From assembly GCA_040377305.1 (NCBI GenBank), contig JBEIPA010000007.1:128001-192000 (forward strand): DNA of 64,000 nucleotides, given 5' to 3'. The translations under genes and the position numbers were made by a program. This DNA comes from Flavobacteriales bacterium. GTDB taxonomy: Bacteria; Bacteroidota; Bacteroidia; Palsa-965. Below are positions 38,654 to 49,122 of this stretch, piece by piece (position 1 is the first letter of the stretch; every line of letters starts with the position of its first letter). A model generated the notes under the pieces. It searched no databases, had not been told where the DNA came from, and saw only the letters and a program-made list of their open reading frames with translations.

Positions 38654-38781
38654 AGTTGGGAGATGGGAGTTGGGAGACGGGAGTAAAATCGGGTAAATAC
38701 GATGAATTCATCCATTTTCGAGCGGTCGTCAACGAAAATACTTTTCAGTGTTCATTTACACCCGTCTCCGAACTCCTATCT
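38654..38781. repeat. Inverted heptamer-repeat bracket with 76-bp unique interior
   Basis: AGTTGGG AGATGGG AGTTGGG AGACGGG AGT ... CCCGTCT CCGAACT CCTATCT. Confidence 0.75.
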
Positions 38782-39367
38782 ATTGTGTGACGACCAATTG
38801 CTGTGTATAAGCCACAGCTCCATTCACAGCAACTTGTGCCGTATATGTTCCCGCCACGAGAGAAGAAAGATCGACGTGAACAATCTGTTCACTCTGCGAA
38901 TGATCTTCGCTAAGCACAACTTGTCCCAGTGAATTGTAAATATTCACCGTTACAGTTTCTCCGGGTTGATGCAGCAGAATATTCCAGCCAGAAGTTGTAT
39001 TCGCCGGATTTGGGTATGTTGTTGTGATGTGTTCAGCAGATTGCTCTATTCCGGTTTGAGTTCCTGTTCCGCAGATGCACATCAAGCCTTGTGAATTGAC
39101 AATGGTAAGATTGCAGGGGAACGCACACAATGTCCAATACGTAGTGTCTGCTACCGTGGGACCGCTCATCTGTACACATCCCATTGGATTCATGATGTAT
39201 TGAAACGGTCCGCTTCCGCAGCCGGCTGCCACTGCGTCAACAGCCCATACGCCGTTGCATCCACTGGTGGGTGGAATTACATACCAGGTGGTAATTGTTG
39301 TCTGCGCATTAATTTTCGCACAGAATAATAGAAGCAGGATTACTGCTGAGAGTAGAGTTTTTGTCAT
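38780..39367 (-). CDS. Small Cys-rich T9SS-secreted protein
   Basis: Signal peptide, ~85-aa domain with 7 Cys, YPNPA...IYNSLGQ...LVVTQ CTD. Confidence 0.82.
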   Translation of the reverse strand: MTKTLLSAVILLLLFCAKINAQTTITTWYVIPPTSGCNGVWAVDAVAAGCGSGPFQYIMNPMGCVQMSGPTVADTTYWTLCAFPCNLTIVNSQGLMCICGTGTQTGIEQSAEHITTTYPNPANTTSGWNILLHQPGETVTVNIYNSLGQVVLSEDHSQSEQIVHVDLSSLVAGTYTAQVAVNGAVAYTQQLVVTQ

Positions 39368-39479
39368 GTGTAAGTGTTTAGCCATTGGGAAAATACGCTA
39401 ATTGTTGCTCTTTTGCAAAAGAACACAGCAGTTGCCACATGAATCAACTGACGTTACCAAAAAATCCGACCGGTTGGCA

Positions 39480-40370
39480 TTACACCATTTCCGTTGCGGA
39501 GGAATATCTCTTGATAAATTCTGAAGGAGTGAGCTTCACCTTTTTCCGGAACAGTCTTGAAAAGTACGCGGTGTCGAAATATCCTAGATCTGCAGCTACT
39601 TCTGCGATGTTGTTATCGCATTGCAATAGGTTCCGTTTTGCCTCCAGAATCACCCGGTCGAGAATAAGATCAGATGTAGTTTTACCGAAAGTCTCCTGAC
39701 AGAGACGGTTCAATTGGCGCGTTGAGGTTTTCATCAGCAGTGCATAATCGGATGGTGCTTTAAGGATCATGAATTTTTCATCAATCAGGTCGCCCAATTG
39801 TTTGATCTTATTTGGAGTCCCGGGTAAAAAATGGGAGTTGCTGTACGATTTTTTATACTCACGACTGAGATGGATGTAGAGCAGATCGATAAGCGAACAA
39901 CATTTTTGATAACGCTCCGATTCTGTTCCCGACTGTTCAACGAGCAACTCTTTGAAATACGCTTCAGGAACCGAAAGCTGGGAAGTGTCTAACTGCAGAA
40001 AGGGATGATTATTAAGACAGAAATAAAATGGATAATCACGTAGATTCCGATTATTGAATGCTACCTCGTAAAAGTCACGTGTGTGCAGCAGGATGTATCC
40101 TTCACCGTCGATGCAATCAATAAGGCGGTGAATTTGACCTGGGGACATAAAGAAAACGCTTCCCGGCCGCACCTCATAGGTCTTGAAATCAATTTCTTGT
40201 TTTCCATTTCCTGCTATGCACAGAAAAACAAAGTAGAAGTCGTGTTTGTGAGGTTGTCGTATAAGATCGTGTTTTTCCAGGTGTTCGGACAGCAGGGTCA
40301 CAAACATACCAGGCTCCTGGTCGGTTTGGGATAATTTCTCAATGGTATGCACGGGGTAAACGGCTTTCAT
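39480..40370 (-). CDS. AraC family transcriptional regulator
   Basis: PHKHDFY cupin, PGQIH, LEAKR, LGYFDTAYFSRLFRK. Confidence 0.93.
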   Translation of the reverse strand: MKAVYPVHTIEKLSQTDQEPGMFVTLLSEHLEKHDLIRQPHKHDFYFVFLCIAGNGKQEIDFKTYEVRPGSVFFMSPGQIHRLIDCIDGEGYILLHTRDFYEVAFNNRNLRDYPFYFCLNNHPFLQLDTSQLSVPEAYFKELLVEQSGTESERYQKCCSLIDLLYIHLSREYKKSYSNSHFLPGTPNKIKQLGDLIDEKFMILKAPSDYALLMKTSTRQLNRLCQETFGKTTSDLILDRVILEAKRNLLQCDNNIAEVAADLGYFDTAYFSRLFRKKVKLTPSEFIKRYSSATEMV

Positions 40371-40516
40371 GGGTCAGTGATAGGCGTTAGGTACAGCAAG
40401 TTAATCAAATCCAAATTGTTTAAGGTTTTGGGACAGAATGGTCTTTTTGTCCAATCAAAATGTAGAATTCTGCTAATACACGATTTCCTTTACTGAGACC
40501 TTTGTTGCGCTGAAGA

Positions 40517-40846
40517 ATGATTAATAACGACGATATGGGCGATAGCGCAAATGCCGAGCTCATCAGGGAATTGCTTAATGTGATTGCGGAGATAAAATTT
40601 CTTGTCGCACATAAAGTTCGCGCCCCAATTGCTTCAGCGAGTGGACTTGTTGTTTTATTGAGTGCGGAAAGCACAACCAATGAAGACAAGGAAAGAATTC
40701 TGGGTTACCTGCTAAGTACAATAGATGAAATGGATATGAATACAAGACAAATAATGATTGCCTTAGTCCAGATTGAAAGGACATTCGACGATACTTCATG
40801 TGATGACAAGGAGGGGGGCCTTGCCACTGGGTGTGCTGAAATTTGA
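40517..40846 (+). CDS. Stand-alone HisKA/DHp-like protein or kinase remnant
   Basis: LVAHKVRAPIASASGLV H-box; no ATPase domain. Confidence 0.5.
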   Translation: MINNDDMGDSANAELIRELLNVIAEIKFLVAHKVRAPIASASGLVVLLSAESTTNEDKERILGYLLSTIDEMDMNTRQIMIALVQIERTFDDTSCDDKEGGLATGCAEI

Positions 40847-40901
40847 AACGCGGCTATCTTTGGGAGACGCCGCGTTTCTCGCACACCAGTCACAGTAAGA
40901 A

Positions 40902-41810
40902 CTACCGCGACACGATTATCCTCTTGGTGACTTTGCCTTCCAGTGTTGCGAGCTCTACAAAATAGAGTCCTGGTTGCTCATCACTCAAATCAATGCTTGT
41001 TGGTATCGGTTCCAAATCAGTTGATTTATGTTCTTCGACAGTTCCACCTAAGGTGTTAAACACGATCAGAGAAATCAACGAATTTGAATCGGCACTCACT
41101 TTAAATATTCCAGCGCTCGGGTTCGGATAAATTTCTCCGATGGAAATGTTCGAGAGCTTGTTGTTCTGATTCACAGGAACGGTATTCTTGTTCACCGGAT
41201 TCATCATCACTACATTATCAGGTACAAATACCGTGCTCATTTTAAATCCGTCGAGCCATACACCCGTATTTGCATTGGGGTTGCTCACCCGAACAGAAAC
41301 ATATTTTCCATTCTCTGGTGCAGTAAAGCGAATTACATTCTCTACCCAATCCATAGTGATTGAATTCGCAGCCACCGTATATACTAATTCACCTTGCAAT
41401 GAATCAACGTTGGTTATTCCAATCTGAACATTCGGAGAAATCGGACCACGTCCGCGAACCCAGAACGACAAGGAATACTGACTTCCTTTTACGAGCGGTT
41501 GTGTGAGTTCTAATGTTACAGCCTCAGACGTAACTCCTCTTTCAACGTTCGTTGCCAAACCAATAAACCAGTTTCCTTCTTTTGCATCACCATTACCGCA
41601 ATTTGTGCTCGCGATATCGGGTCTGCGGAAGCTTCCGAACGCATGCGTGTTTTTTACGTTTGCGTTAAATACTTCTACTGATGTATTGATAAGGCACATG
41701 TTGCCGTTTTTCTCAAAACCACCGTTGACAAATTCTTGTCCGAATAAAATTGCGGGGAGCGGAAAAGCGATTGCTATTGCCGCCATACGCAAGAAGTGTA
41801 GCTGTTTCAT
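40902..41810 (-). CDS. T9SS-secreted protein with CBM-like jelly-roll domain
   Basis: Signal peptide, FVNGGFE, YSLSFWV, IYPNPSAG...GLYFVEL...KRIIV. Confidence 0.85.
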   Translation of the reverse strand: MKQLHFLRMAAIAIAFPLPAILFGQEFVNGGFEKNGNMCLINTSVEVFNANVKNTHAFGSFRRPDIASTNCGNGDAKEGNWFIGLATNVERGVTSEAVTLELTQPLVKGSQYSLSFWVRGRGPISPNVQIGITNVDSLQGELVYTVAANSITMDWVENVIRFTAPENGKYVSVRVSNPNANTGVWLDGFKMSTVFVPDNVVMMNPVNKNTVPVNQNNKLSNISIGEIYPNPSAGIFKVSADSNSLISLIVFNTLGGTVEEHKSTDLEPIPTSIDLSDEQPGLYFVELATLEGKVTKRIIVSR

Positions 41811-42332
41811 GTGTGCGAGAGATAAAATGAAACTTCTTGTGATTAGCTGTTACTATTATAACTCCGGATGTTTCAAAAAGTTACATGCGTCCGGACAATA
41901 AAGGTTGTTGCAATGCGTATGCCAGAAACTGCATTTGCCAGCAAAATGCTGTAAATCAACAGGTAATGAAAGTAGTAGGAAGCTTATATGAGAACGTAAA
42001 AGATCGTTAAATCGTACTTTGTGTAGGTGAATTTTTGGATGGTTAACCGGAATTCGACTACGGTTCCCGTAACGTTGTCGATACAACATTGCGAGGGTGG
42101 TGTAACTGACGAACATAATTTCAGTGTTGAAGATTGTCGTCAGTATCGGTTACTTTTTTCTAAGCCTCATACTTTCTCATCCGATTTGAAACTTGCACAC
42201 GTTAATTAATTGCGCATTTTATTCGCGCGATGTGTTAAGTCATGCGGATTGCATCATGTTCACATAATGTTGCGCTAAACACATGGTTAGAAATTCAAAG
42301 GAATTTTGGGAACTCAAAAACCAGAATTCAAC

Positions 42333-45300
42333 ATGCGCAAGATTTTTACAGCTCTTACACTTCTATTCTCAGTTGGCGCTAGCGCTCAACTCGGTCCGGG
42401 ATTAATTATTTCCGAGTTTCTTCCGAACCCTTCAGGAACCGATTCTCCTTATGAACAGATTGAGTTGGTGGCAACACGCACAATCGACTTCGGCATCACA
42501 CCTTATTCAGTTGTGGTCACTAATAACTCAGGTACCATTCAAGGTTGGATTCAGGGTGGAACAACAACGTATGGTTTTGAAATAACAACAGGAATAGTTA
42601 ATGCCGGTGATGTCGTTTATGTTGGAGGTTCGTTAATGGCAACTTCAGGTGTAGTTCTTCGTTCGATTAACACCTTAACTACGGGGGGTGATGGTTTTGG
42701 AAATCCATCAAGCGGACCTTTCGGTAACGGTGGTAGTAATGCTGATGGCGTTGCAGTTTTCGCTATGCCGGTCATGTCAATTACACCTTCCAGTGTTCCG
42801 GTTGACGCTGTGTTTTGTGGGGCCGGACCAACCACTGGAACTGCTGTTGTAAATGCGGGTCTGGATGGCTACCAACTACCGGTGAATGATTTATACCCCG
42901 GCGGCAAACTGCAGTCAGGTTCTTTCATTGCACCTGATCCGGGATCTGCGCAATACATCGTAAGTACAGGTGCGTTTAATCCAGCAACAGGTGCATTCAC
43001 AACTGCGAGAAACTGGATTGCAACTACAACACAATCGGATATGGTAACCGGAATTACGTTGGGAGCTGTTGCGTCTCCATCTCTTACAATCTCAGGCACA
43101 CACGTGTTTGTGAACGAGTCAGCAACATCAGTAAACGTTACCGTGAATGTGACAAACCCGAATAATGGTCAGGCTGTTTTCACACTTAGCTCATTGCCGT
43201 ACTCCACTGCATCAGGTGCAGATTTTACACCGGTAACCTATGTTGTACCAGCTGCTGGTTCAGGTGCGCAAACAATCACTATCCCGCTATTGACTGATGC
43301 AATTGCGGAAAAAGATGAATACATCGCGCTTTCGTTTACAGCATTGTACAACTCTTCCGCATCAGCAACTGTTGTGTACTACATCTATATCAAGGATGAT
43401 GACACGCCGGTTCCCGTTGCAACCAATGAAATATTTCTTGATTCTATTTCAACATTTCAGAATGGTGCAAGCGGATCGAACTCAGCAGAAATTGTTGCAC
43501 ATGATCCGTCAACGCAAAGACTTTACATTGCCAACAGTATCGCGGCGAAACTTGACATTGTAAACTTTGCAAATCCAGCTTCTCCGACTTTGATCACGTC
43601 CATCAACATGATGCCAACGTACGGCAACATCAACAGCGTGGCAGTTTACGATAGCATTGTTGCCTGCGCAATTGAGAGTTCAACCAATCCGCAAGACTCC
43701 GGCATGATTGTATTCTTCAATTACAACGGTGTGTTCATCAAACAGGTGAAAGTTGGTGCAATGCCAGACATGCTTACGTTCAATCACGCAGGAAACAAAA
43801 TTATTGTTGCTTGCGAAGGAGAACCAAATAACGCTTATACAAATGATCCTGACGGTACAGTTTGCGTTGTTGATATTTCAGCGGGTGTTGCTAATGTAAC
43901 TCAAGCTAACGTTACGTTCATCGGATTCACTGCCTTCAACGGATCTGAAAATGCATTGCGCGCATCGGGAATACGTATCTATGGACCGTTCAACATGGCG
44001 TCGAAAGATTTCGAGCCGGAGTATGTGACCATTTCAGACAATGATTCACTGTGCTGGGTAACGTTGCAGGAGAATAACGCAATTGCAATGATCAACCTGG
44101 TAACAAACACAGTTTCAATTGTTAGTCCACTGGGTTACAAAAACTATATGTCGGCTGGCAATGCACTCGATGCATCTGATCAAACATCCGGAATTGCATT
44201 GATGAATGCACCGATATTCGGAATGTACCAACCCGATGCAATCAGTCATTACTCGGTGAACAACCAGCTTTATTTGCTCACCGCGAATGAAGGCGATGCG
44301 CGTGCGTATAGCGGATTGAACGAAGAATCACGTTTGAGCGGACTCACACTTGATCCGGTAGCATTCCCTTATGGAACACAGATGAAGCAGAACACATTCC
44401 TCGGGCGCTTGAATTGCACGAATCGCCTGGGGGATACTGACAATGATGGCGACATCGATCAGATTTACACGTACGGTGCGCGATCATTCTCTATATGGAA
44501 TGGAACAACAGGTGCACAAGTATTTGATAGCGGCGATCAGCTTGAACGCATTACTTCAACACATCCAACTTACGCTCCACTGTTCAACATGAGCAACGGA
44601 ACGGGTGCTGGCGTAGCGAAGAATCGCAGCGACGACAAAGGTCCGGAACCAGAGGGTAGTGCAGTTGCCTCAATCAATGGCGACAACTTCGCATTTCTTT
44701 GTTTGGAAAGAATAGGTGGAGTGATGGTGTGGAATGTGAATAATCCGGTTGCACCAACTTATGCACACTACCGCAATCACAGAACACTAACAGCTGGACC
44801 TGATCGCGGCGCAGAAGGCATTATTTATATTTCTGCTGCGAACTCACCAACCGGAAGTGATTATGTAATTGTTGCAAATGAAATTTCCAGCACGCTGTCG
44901 ATCATGCAGGTAACAACGTGTGCAGAACGTGCAGGCGTTGCAGTTACTCCAGCATCATTTGATGGTTGCGCAGGTGGCAACGTTACATTAACTGCAGCTA
45001 CAGTTGCGAACACGACTTACCAGTGGATGATGGACGACGCAATCATCCCGGGCGCAACTACTGCAACGTACAATGCAACTGCATCCGGTGAATACCAGGT
45101 GATGATCACGAACACAACTTTTGGTTGCAGCGGCAAAACAGAAATTGTTCCGGTGATTTTCCACGCAGCTCCTACAGTGAATGCAACGGTAACTTCGGGC
45201 ACAATCTGCACAGGCACATCAACTACGCTTAACGGATCAGGTGCATCTACATACAACTGGATGCCGGGATCGCTGAGCGGAACAACAGTTTCTGTTTCCC

Positions 45301-46523
45301 CAACAGCAAATGAAACATATACAGTTACCGGAACAGACGCAAATGGATGTACAAACACAAACACGGTTGCAATCACGGTACTTGCACGTCCTACGGTTAC
45401 CGCTTCATCTCCATTCACGCAAGTCTGCAACGGAGGTAACACTACACTAAACGGTGGCGGTGCAGTAACGTACAACTGGATGCCAATCAATCAAAATGGA
45501 TCGTCAGTTTCAACGCCAATCACAGCAACAACTGCGTTCACGGTTACAGGAACTGCAGCTAATGGTTGTACGAACACGGCAACGATCAGCATTACCATGT
45601 TGCCAACACCAACTGTTTCTGCAACGAGCAACACAACAACGGTGTGCAGCGGAAATTCGGTAGATCTCCTTTCAACTGGAAACGGAGTTAATTACATCTG
45701 GTTCCCGGGAATGTTAACCGGCCAGAATGTTACAACGATTCCTTCTGCATCTACCACGTATACGGTTACAGCTTATGGATCGAACGGATGTACACGCAAT
45801 TCTACGGTTTCAGTAACGGTAGACGCATCACCTGCTTTGTCAACATCAGGAGTGAATGCGATCTGTGAAGGTTCTTCTTCTACGCTTACAGTTTCCGGCG
45901 CAAATACTTACATGTGGATGCCTGGAATGCTAAACGGAAACAGTCAGGTGTTAACTCCTGCGTCTACAACTACTTATACTATAGTCGGTACAGGAGCCAA
46001 TAGTTGTATGGACTCAGTGAACGTAACAGTGACTGTTAATTCAAACCCGGTTGCAGCGTTAACCGTGACTAGTGATACGGTGTGCAATATTGACGGAGCA
46101 GTTACACTGAATGGTTTGCCTTCAGGCGGATCTTATGTCGGTAACAGTGTAGTTGGAAATTCATTCGACCCTACAACAGCTCCGATCGGAAGCAACGTAA
46201 TTTCGTATATCTATACGGACGGTAATGGATGCTCAGATACGGCGAACTCTGCAATTGTTGTGGACATTTGTCTGTCAGTGGAGAACACAATCGCAGGAGC
46301 GTTCAATGCTTATCCAAATCCATTTACTGATCGCTTGACGCTCACATCAGATGCAGTGATTGAGAAAGTTGAAGTGTATAACGCAGCCGGACAGCTCTTG
46401 TTTGCGCAACAGACTAATGCTTCCATGGTTGAATTAAATATGAGTCAGTTTGAAAGTGGTGTTTACTTCGTTAAGTTAACAGGTGGCGAGGCAAGCACAA
46501 TGATTACCGCAGTTAAATTGTAA
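42333..46523 (+). CDS. Choice-of-anchor I (atypical alkaline phosphatase-like) T9SS protein
   Basis: LTD-like N-terminus, Calx-beta-like domain, AEIVAHD, VGAMPDM, EPEY, LQENNA, ANEGDAR, NRSDDKGPEPEG, Ig repeats, YPNPF CTD. Confidence 0.88.
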   Translation: MRKIFTALTLLFSVGASAQLGPGLIISEFLPNPSGTDSPYEQIELVATRTIDFGITPYSVVVTNNSGTIQGWIQGGTTTYGFEITTGIVNAGDVVYVGGSLMATSGVVLRSINTLTTGGDGFGNPSSGPFGNGGSNADGVAVFAMPVMSITPSSVPVDAVFCGAGPTTGTAVVNAGLDGYQLPVNDLYPGGKLQSGSFIAPDPGSAQYIVSTGAFNPATGAFTTARNWIATTTQSDMVTGITLGAVASPSLTISGTHVFVNESATSVNVTVNVTNPNNGQAVFTLSSLPYSTASGADFTPVTYVVPAAGSGAQTITIPLLTDAIAEKDEYIALSFTALYNSSASATVVYYIYIKDDDTPVPVATNEIFLDSISTFQNGASGSNSAEIVAHDPSTQRLYIANSIAAKLDIVNFANPASPTLITSINMMPTYGNINSVAVYDSIVACAIESSTNPQDSGMIVFFNYNGVFIKQVKVGAMPDMLTFNHAGNKIIVACEGEPNNAYTNDPDGTVCVVDISAGVANVTQANVTFIGFTAFNGSENALRASGIRIYGPFNMASKDFEPEYVTISDNDSLCWVTLQENNAIAMINLVTNTVSIVSPLGYKNYMSAGNALDASDQTSGIALMNAPIFGMYQPDAISHYSVNNQLYLLTANEGDARAYSGLNEESRLSGLTLDPVAFPYGTQMKQNTFLGRLNCTNRLGDTDNDGDIDQIYTYGARSFSIWNGTTGAQVFDSGDQLERITSTHPTYAPLFNMSNGTGAGVAKNRSDDKGPEPEGSAVASINGDNFAFLCLERIGGVMVWNVNNPVAPTYAHYRNHRTLTAGPDRGAEGIIYISAANSPTGSDYVIVANEISSTLSIMQVTTCAERAGVAVTPASFDGCAGGNVTLTAATVANTTYQWMMDDAIIPGATTATYNATASGEYQVMITNTTFGCSGKTEIVPVIFHAAPTVNATVTSGTICTGTSTTLNGSGASTYNWMPGSLSGTTVSVSPTANETYTVTGTDANGCTNTNTVAITVLARPTVTASSPFTQVCNGGNTTLNGGGAVTYNWMPINQNGSSVSTPITATTAFTVTGTAANGCTNTATISITMLPTPTVSATSNTTTVCSGNSVDLLSTGNGVNYIWFPGMLTGQNVTTIPSASTTYTVTAYGSNGCTRNSTVSVTVDASPALSTSGVNAICEGSSSTLTVSGANTYMWMPGMLNGNSQVLTPASTTTYTIVGTGANSCMDSVNVTVTVNSNPVAALTVTSDTVCNIDGAVTLNGLPSGGSYVGNSVVGNSFDPTTAPIGSNVISYIYTDGNGCSDTANSAIVVDICLSVENTIAGAFNAYPNPFTDRLTLTSDAVIEKVEVYNAAGQLLFAQQTNASMVELNMSQFESGVYFVKLTGGEASTMITAVKL

Positions 46524-46543
46524 GTGCGATTGCTGAGGAATGA

Positions 46544-46584
46544 AAAAGCCCCGTCTCGTCAACTTTGATGAGACGGGGCTTTTG
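46544..46584 (+). terminator. Intrinsic (bidirectional-type) terminator
   Basis: AAAAGCCCCGTCTCGTCAA-CT-TTGATGAGACGGGGCTTTT. Confidence 0.85.
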
Positions 46585-46709
46585 TTATCCCCAAAAATGC
46601 GCATGGAGTTTTCATTCGCACAACATTTGCGTTTAGTAGTTAACCTGAAAGCACGTTCAAAAACATGGAAGACTAACGCTGCGTTAATATCTATGCGATA
46701 TTGGCAATC

Positions 46710-46717
46710 TACTTTTG
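46710..46717 (+). promoter_or_regulatory. -7 element for receiver-PlcP-GT operon
   Basis: TACTTTTG 19 nt upstream of ATG 46737. Confidence 0.6.
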
Positions 46718-46736
46718 CTCAGGTTCAATATTCATT

Positions 46737-47132
46737 ATGAATCACGGCGAGCTAAAAATTCTGATTGTTGACGACGAACCGGATATCCGGGAAATACTTT
46801 CGTACAACTTGTTTCGTCGGGGTTACCATGTACTCACCGCATCCGATGGGAAGGAAGGTTACGAGAAAGCAGTACAGTTCACACCTGACCTTATTATTCT
46901 CGATATTCTTATGCCCGTGATGGATGGTTACGAAACCTGCGTCAAGCTGCGGAACGATCCTCAATTTAATCAGACGAAAATTGTTTTCCTCTCCGCATTG
47001 AGCGAATTACGTGCGCGTGAATTCGGACTGGAGCTGGAAGCAGATGCGTTCATGGCAAAACCAATCAGAATGGAATTGCTTCTGAAACGAGTCGAAACCT
47101 GGCTGCAAAAGGCAGCAACCCTAGCAACCTGA
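46737..47132 (+). CDS. Single-domain PhoP/PhoB-like receiver protein
   Basis: ILIVDDEPDIREILSYNL, LDILMPVMDG, FLSA, AKP; no output domain. Confidence 0.88.
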   Translation: MNHGELKILIVDDEPDIREILSYNLFRRGYHVLTASDGKEGYEKAVQFTPDLIILDILMPVMDGYETCVKLRNDPQFNQTKIVFLSALSELRAREFGLELEADAFMAKPIRMELLLKRVETWLQKAATLAT

Positions 47133-47136
47133 ACGC

Positions 47137-47946
47137 ATGAGCAAAGCCCGGTATAAGACAATCATACTATCTGATATTCATCTGGGCACCTCGACTTCCA
47201 AAGCGAAGGAAGTCATTCACTTTCTCAAGCACCATAAATGTGAAACGCTTATTCTGAATGGCGACATCATTGACGGATGGCAATTGCGAAAATCCGGCGA
47301 ATGGAAAAAGCAACACACCAAGTTTTTTCGTTTAGTGCTCAAACGTGCTGCAAAGGGAACGAACATCGTATACATCCGTGGCAATCACGACGATTTTCTG
47401 GATCAGGTCCTGCCCTTTACGCTGGGCAATTTCTCAATTAGACTCGATTATTATCTGCAATCGGGAGACAAGCGATATTATGTTGTGCATGGCGACCTCT
47501 TCGATATGGTTACCACACGTTTGAAGTGGCTGGCAAAACTCGGTGACATGAGTTACACATTCTTGCTGTGGCTGAATAAGCACTACAATAATTACAGAGA
47601 ACGAAAAGGTCTGCCTTACTATTCACTTTCACAGGTGATCAAGGCAAAAGTGAAAGGTGCAGTGAGTTTCATTTCTGATTTTGAGGCCGAGCTTGCATCC
47701 GTTGCAAAGAAGAGAAAGTGCGACGGTGTTATCTGCGGACACATTCATACGCCCGCGGATAAGATGATTGGCGATGTTCATTATCTCAATAGTGGAGATT
47801 GGGTTGAATCGATGACAGCACTTACGGAAAGCTATGATGGTGAATGGAATATTATTTACTACGCGGATTGGCTCAGGAAACATCAGGCTTTACAGGCCGA
47901 TGAAGCAACTCACAACATTCGGGAACTAAATCAATCGATCGCATGA
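47137..47946 (+). CDS. PlcP/LpxH2-like metallophosphoesterase (phospholipase C)
   Basis: SDIHLG, LNGDIIDGW, GNHD, HGD, GHIH, NSGDWVES. Confidence 0.88.
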   Translation: MSKARYKTIILSDIHLGTSTSKAKEVIHFLKHHKCETLILNGDIIDGWQLRKSGEWKKQHTKFFRLVLKRAAKGTNIVYIRGNHDDFLDQVLPFTLGNFSIRLDYYLQSGDKRYYVVHGDLFDMVTTRLKWLAKLGDMSYTFLLWLNKHYNNYRERKGLPYYSLSQVIKAKVKGAVSFISDFEAELASVAKKRKCDGVICGHIHTPADKMIGDVHYLNSGDWVESMTALTESYDGEWNIIYYADWLRKHQALQADEATHNIRELNQSIA

Positions 47947-49091
47947 AACCAAAAGTATTGTTCGTAGTCCAGGGCGAAGGCAGAGGTCACATGACTCAGG
48001 CGATTTCGCTTAGACAGTTACTGGAGAAGAATAACTTCGAAGTGTGCGGAGCACTGGTTGGAACCAGTGAACGCAGAAAGGTTCCTGAGTTTTTTATTCG
48101 CCAGTTCTCGGGCGTGGAAGTTGTCCGTATGCAAAGCCCCAATTTCGTCACGAAGAATAATCGTGGAATAAATATTCCGGCAACCGCGTGGAGCAATTTG
48201 CTTCGTCTCCGAACTTATTTGCGTTCAGCAAAGTTGCTGAAGCAAAAAGTCGCGGAGTTGAATCCGGATATCATCGTGAACTTTTATGAACCGATTGTCG
48301 GGCTTTATGCCAAAACTGTCCATAAGAGTAAGAGACCACCAATTGTTTCCATCGCGCATCAATATCTCGGAGAGCATACCGGATTTAGATTTCCGAAAGG
48401 TCATGTGATGGACAGAATATTTCTGAAGCAGTATTCCAATCTAACATCATCCGGTTCAGCTACAATTCTGGCTCTTGCGTTTGCGCCGCTTGGCTATAAC
48501 CACAATGATAAATTGAAAGTTGTTCCGCCACTGCTCCGCCAGGAAGTGAAAAAATTGGAAGTGAGCCGCAAAGGATACTACTTGTGTTATCTCGTGAATG
48601 CGGGTTATCGTGCGGACATAGAGAAATGGCACACGAGTAATCCTGGAGTTTGTCTTCATGTTTTCACCGATATGGAAATGGAGAAGGAGTTTGTGGAGGT
48701 TCACGAGAATTTATTTTTTCACAAGCTCAGCGATACTAAGTTTCTGAGTTACATGGCGGGTTGTGATGGACTGATCAGTTCAGCTGGTTTCGAATCAGTG
48801 TGCGAAGCGTTTTATCTCGACAAACCGGTTTTTATGGTTCCGGTGGAGGGACATTTTGAACAGCTATGCAATGGACATGATGCAGAGCGTGCCGGAGTGG
48901 GAATTCATCACACGAAGTTCGACATCGGTAAATTCCTGAATTGGATTCCTCAGCACAAATCCCGATCGGCAGCGTTCCAAAAGTGGGAAGGTGAGGCCGA
49001 GAAGTTATTTCTATGGCATTTTAACCAGGTCATAGAAGCAAACAGATCGACAAATCAACTCACATCAGAATTTCTTTCGGTAGAATCATAA
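47943..49091 (+). CDS. GT-B glycosyltransferase (MJ1255/VC2487-like)
   Basis: VQGEGRGHMTQA, NFYEP, SIAHQY, AGFESVCEA, HFEQ. Confidence 0.87.
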   Translation: MKPKVLFVVQGEGRGHMTQAISLRQLLEKNNFEVCGALVGTSERRKVPEFFIRQFSGVEVVRMQSPNFVTKNNRGINIPATAWSNLLRLRTYLRSAKLLKQKVAELNPDIIVNFYEPIVGLYAKTVHKSKRPPIVSIAHQYLGEHTGFRFPKGHVMDRIFLKQYSNLTSSGSATILALAFAPLGYNHNDKLKVVPPLLRQEVKKLEVSRKGYYLCYLVNAGYRADIEKWHTSNPGVCLHVFTDMEMEKEFVEVHENLFFHKLSDTKFLSYMAGCDGLISSAGFESVCEAFYLDKPVFMVPVEGHFEQLCNGHDAERAGVGIHHTKFDIGKFLNWIPQHKSRSAAFQKWEGEAEKLFLWHFNQVIEANRSTNQLTSEFLSVES

Positions 49092-49122
49092 TTTTCAGTT
49101 CACTGTTTTCAATATTTAAATT

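Noticed and set aside
41811-42332. 520-bp intergenic region as a small ORF or ncRNA locus
   Set aside because: No convincing coding signal or stable structure; consistent with divergent promoters
45150-46050. Internal repeats (YNWMP...YTVTGT..NGC) as a DNA repeat array
   Set aside because: Ordinary diverged Ig/PKD-like protein repeats common in T9SS cargo
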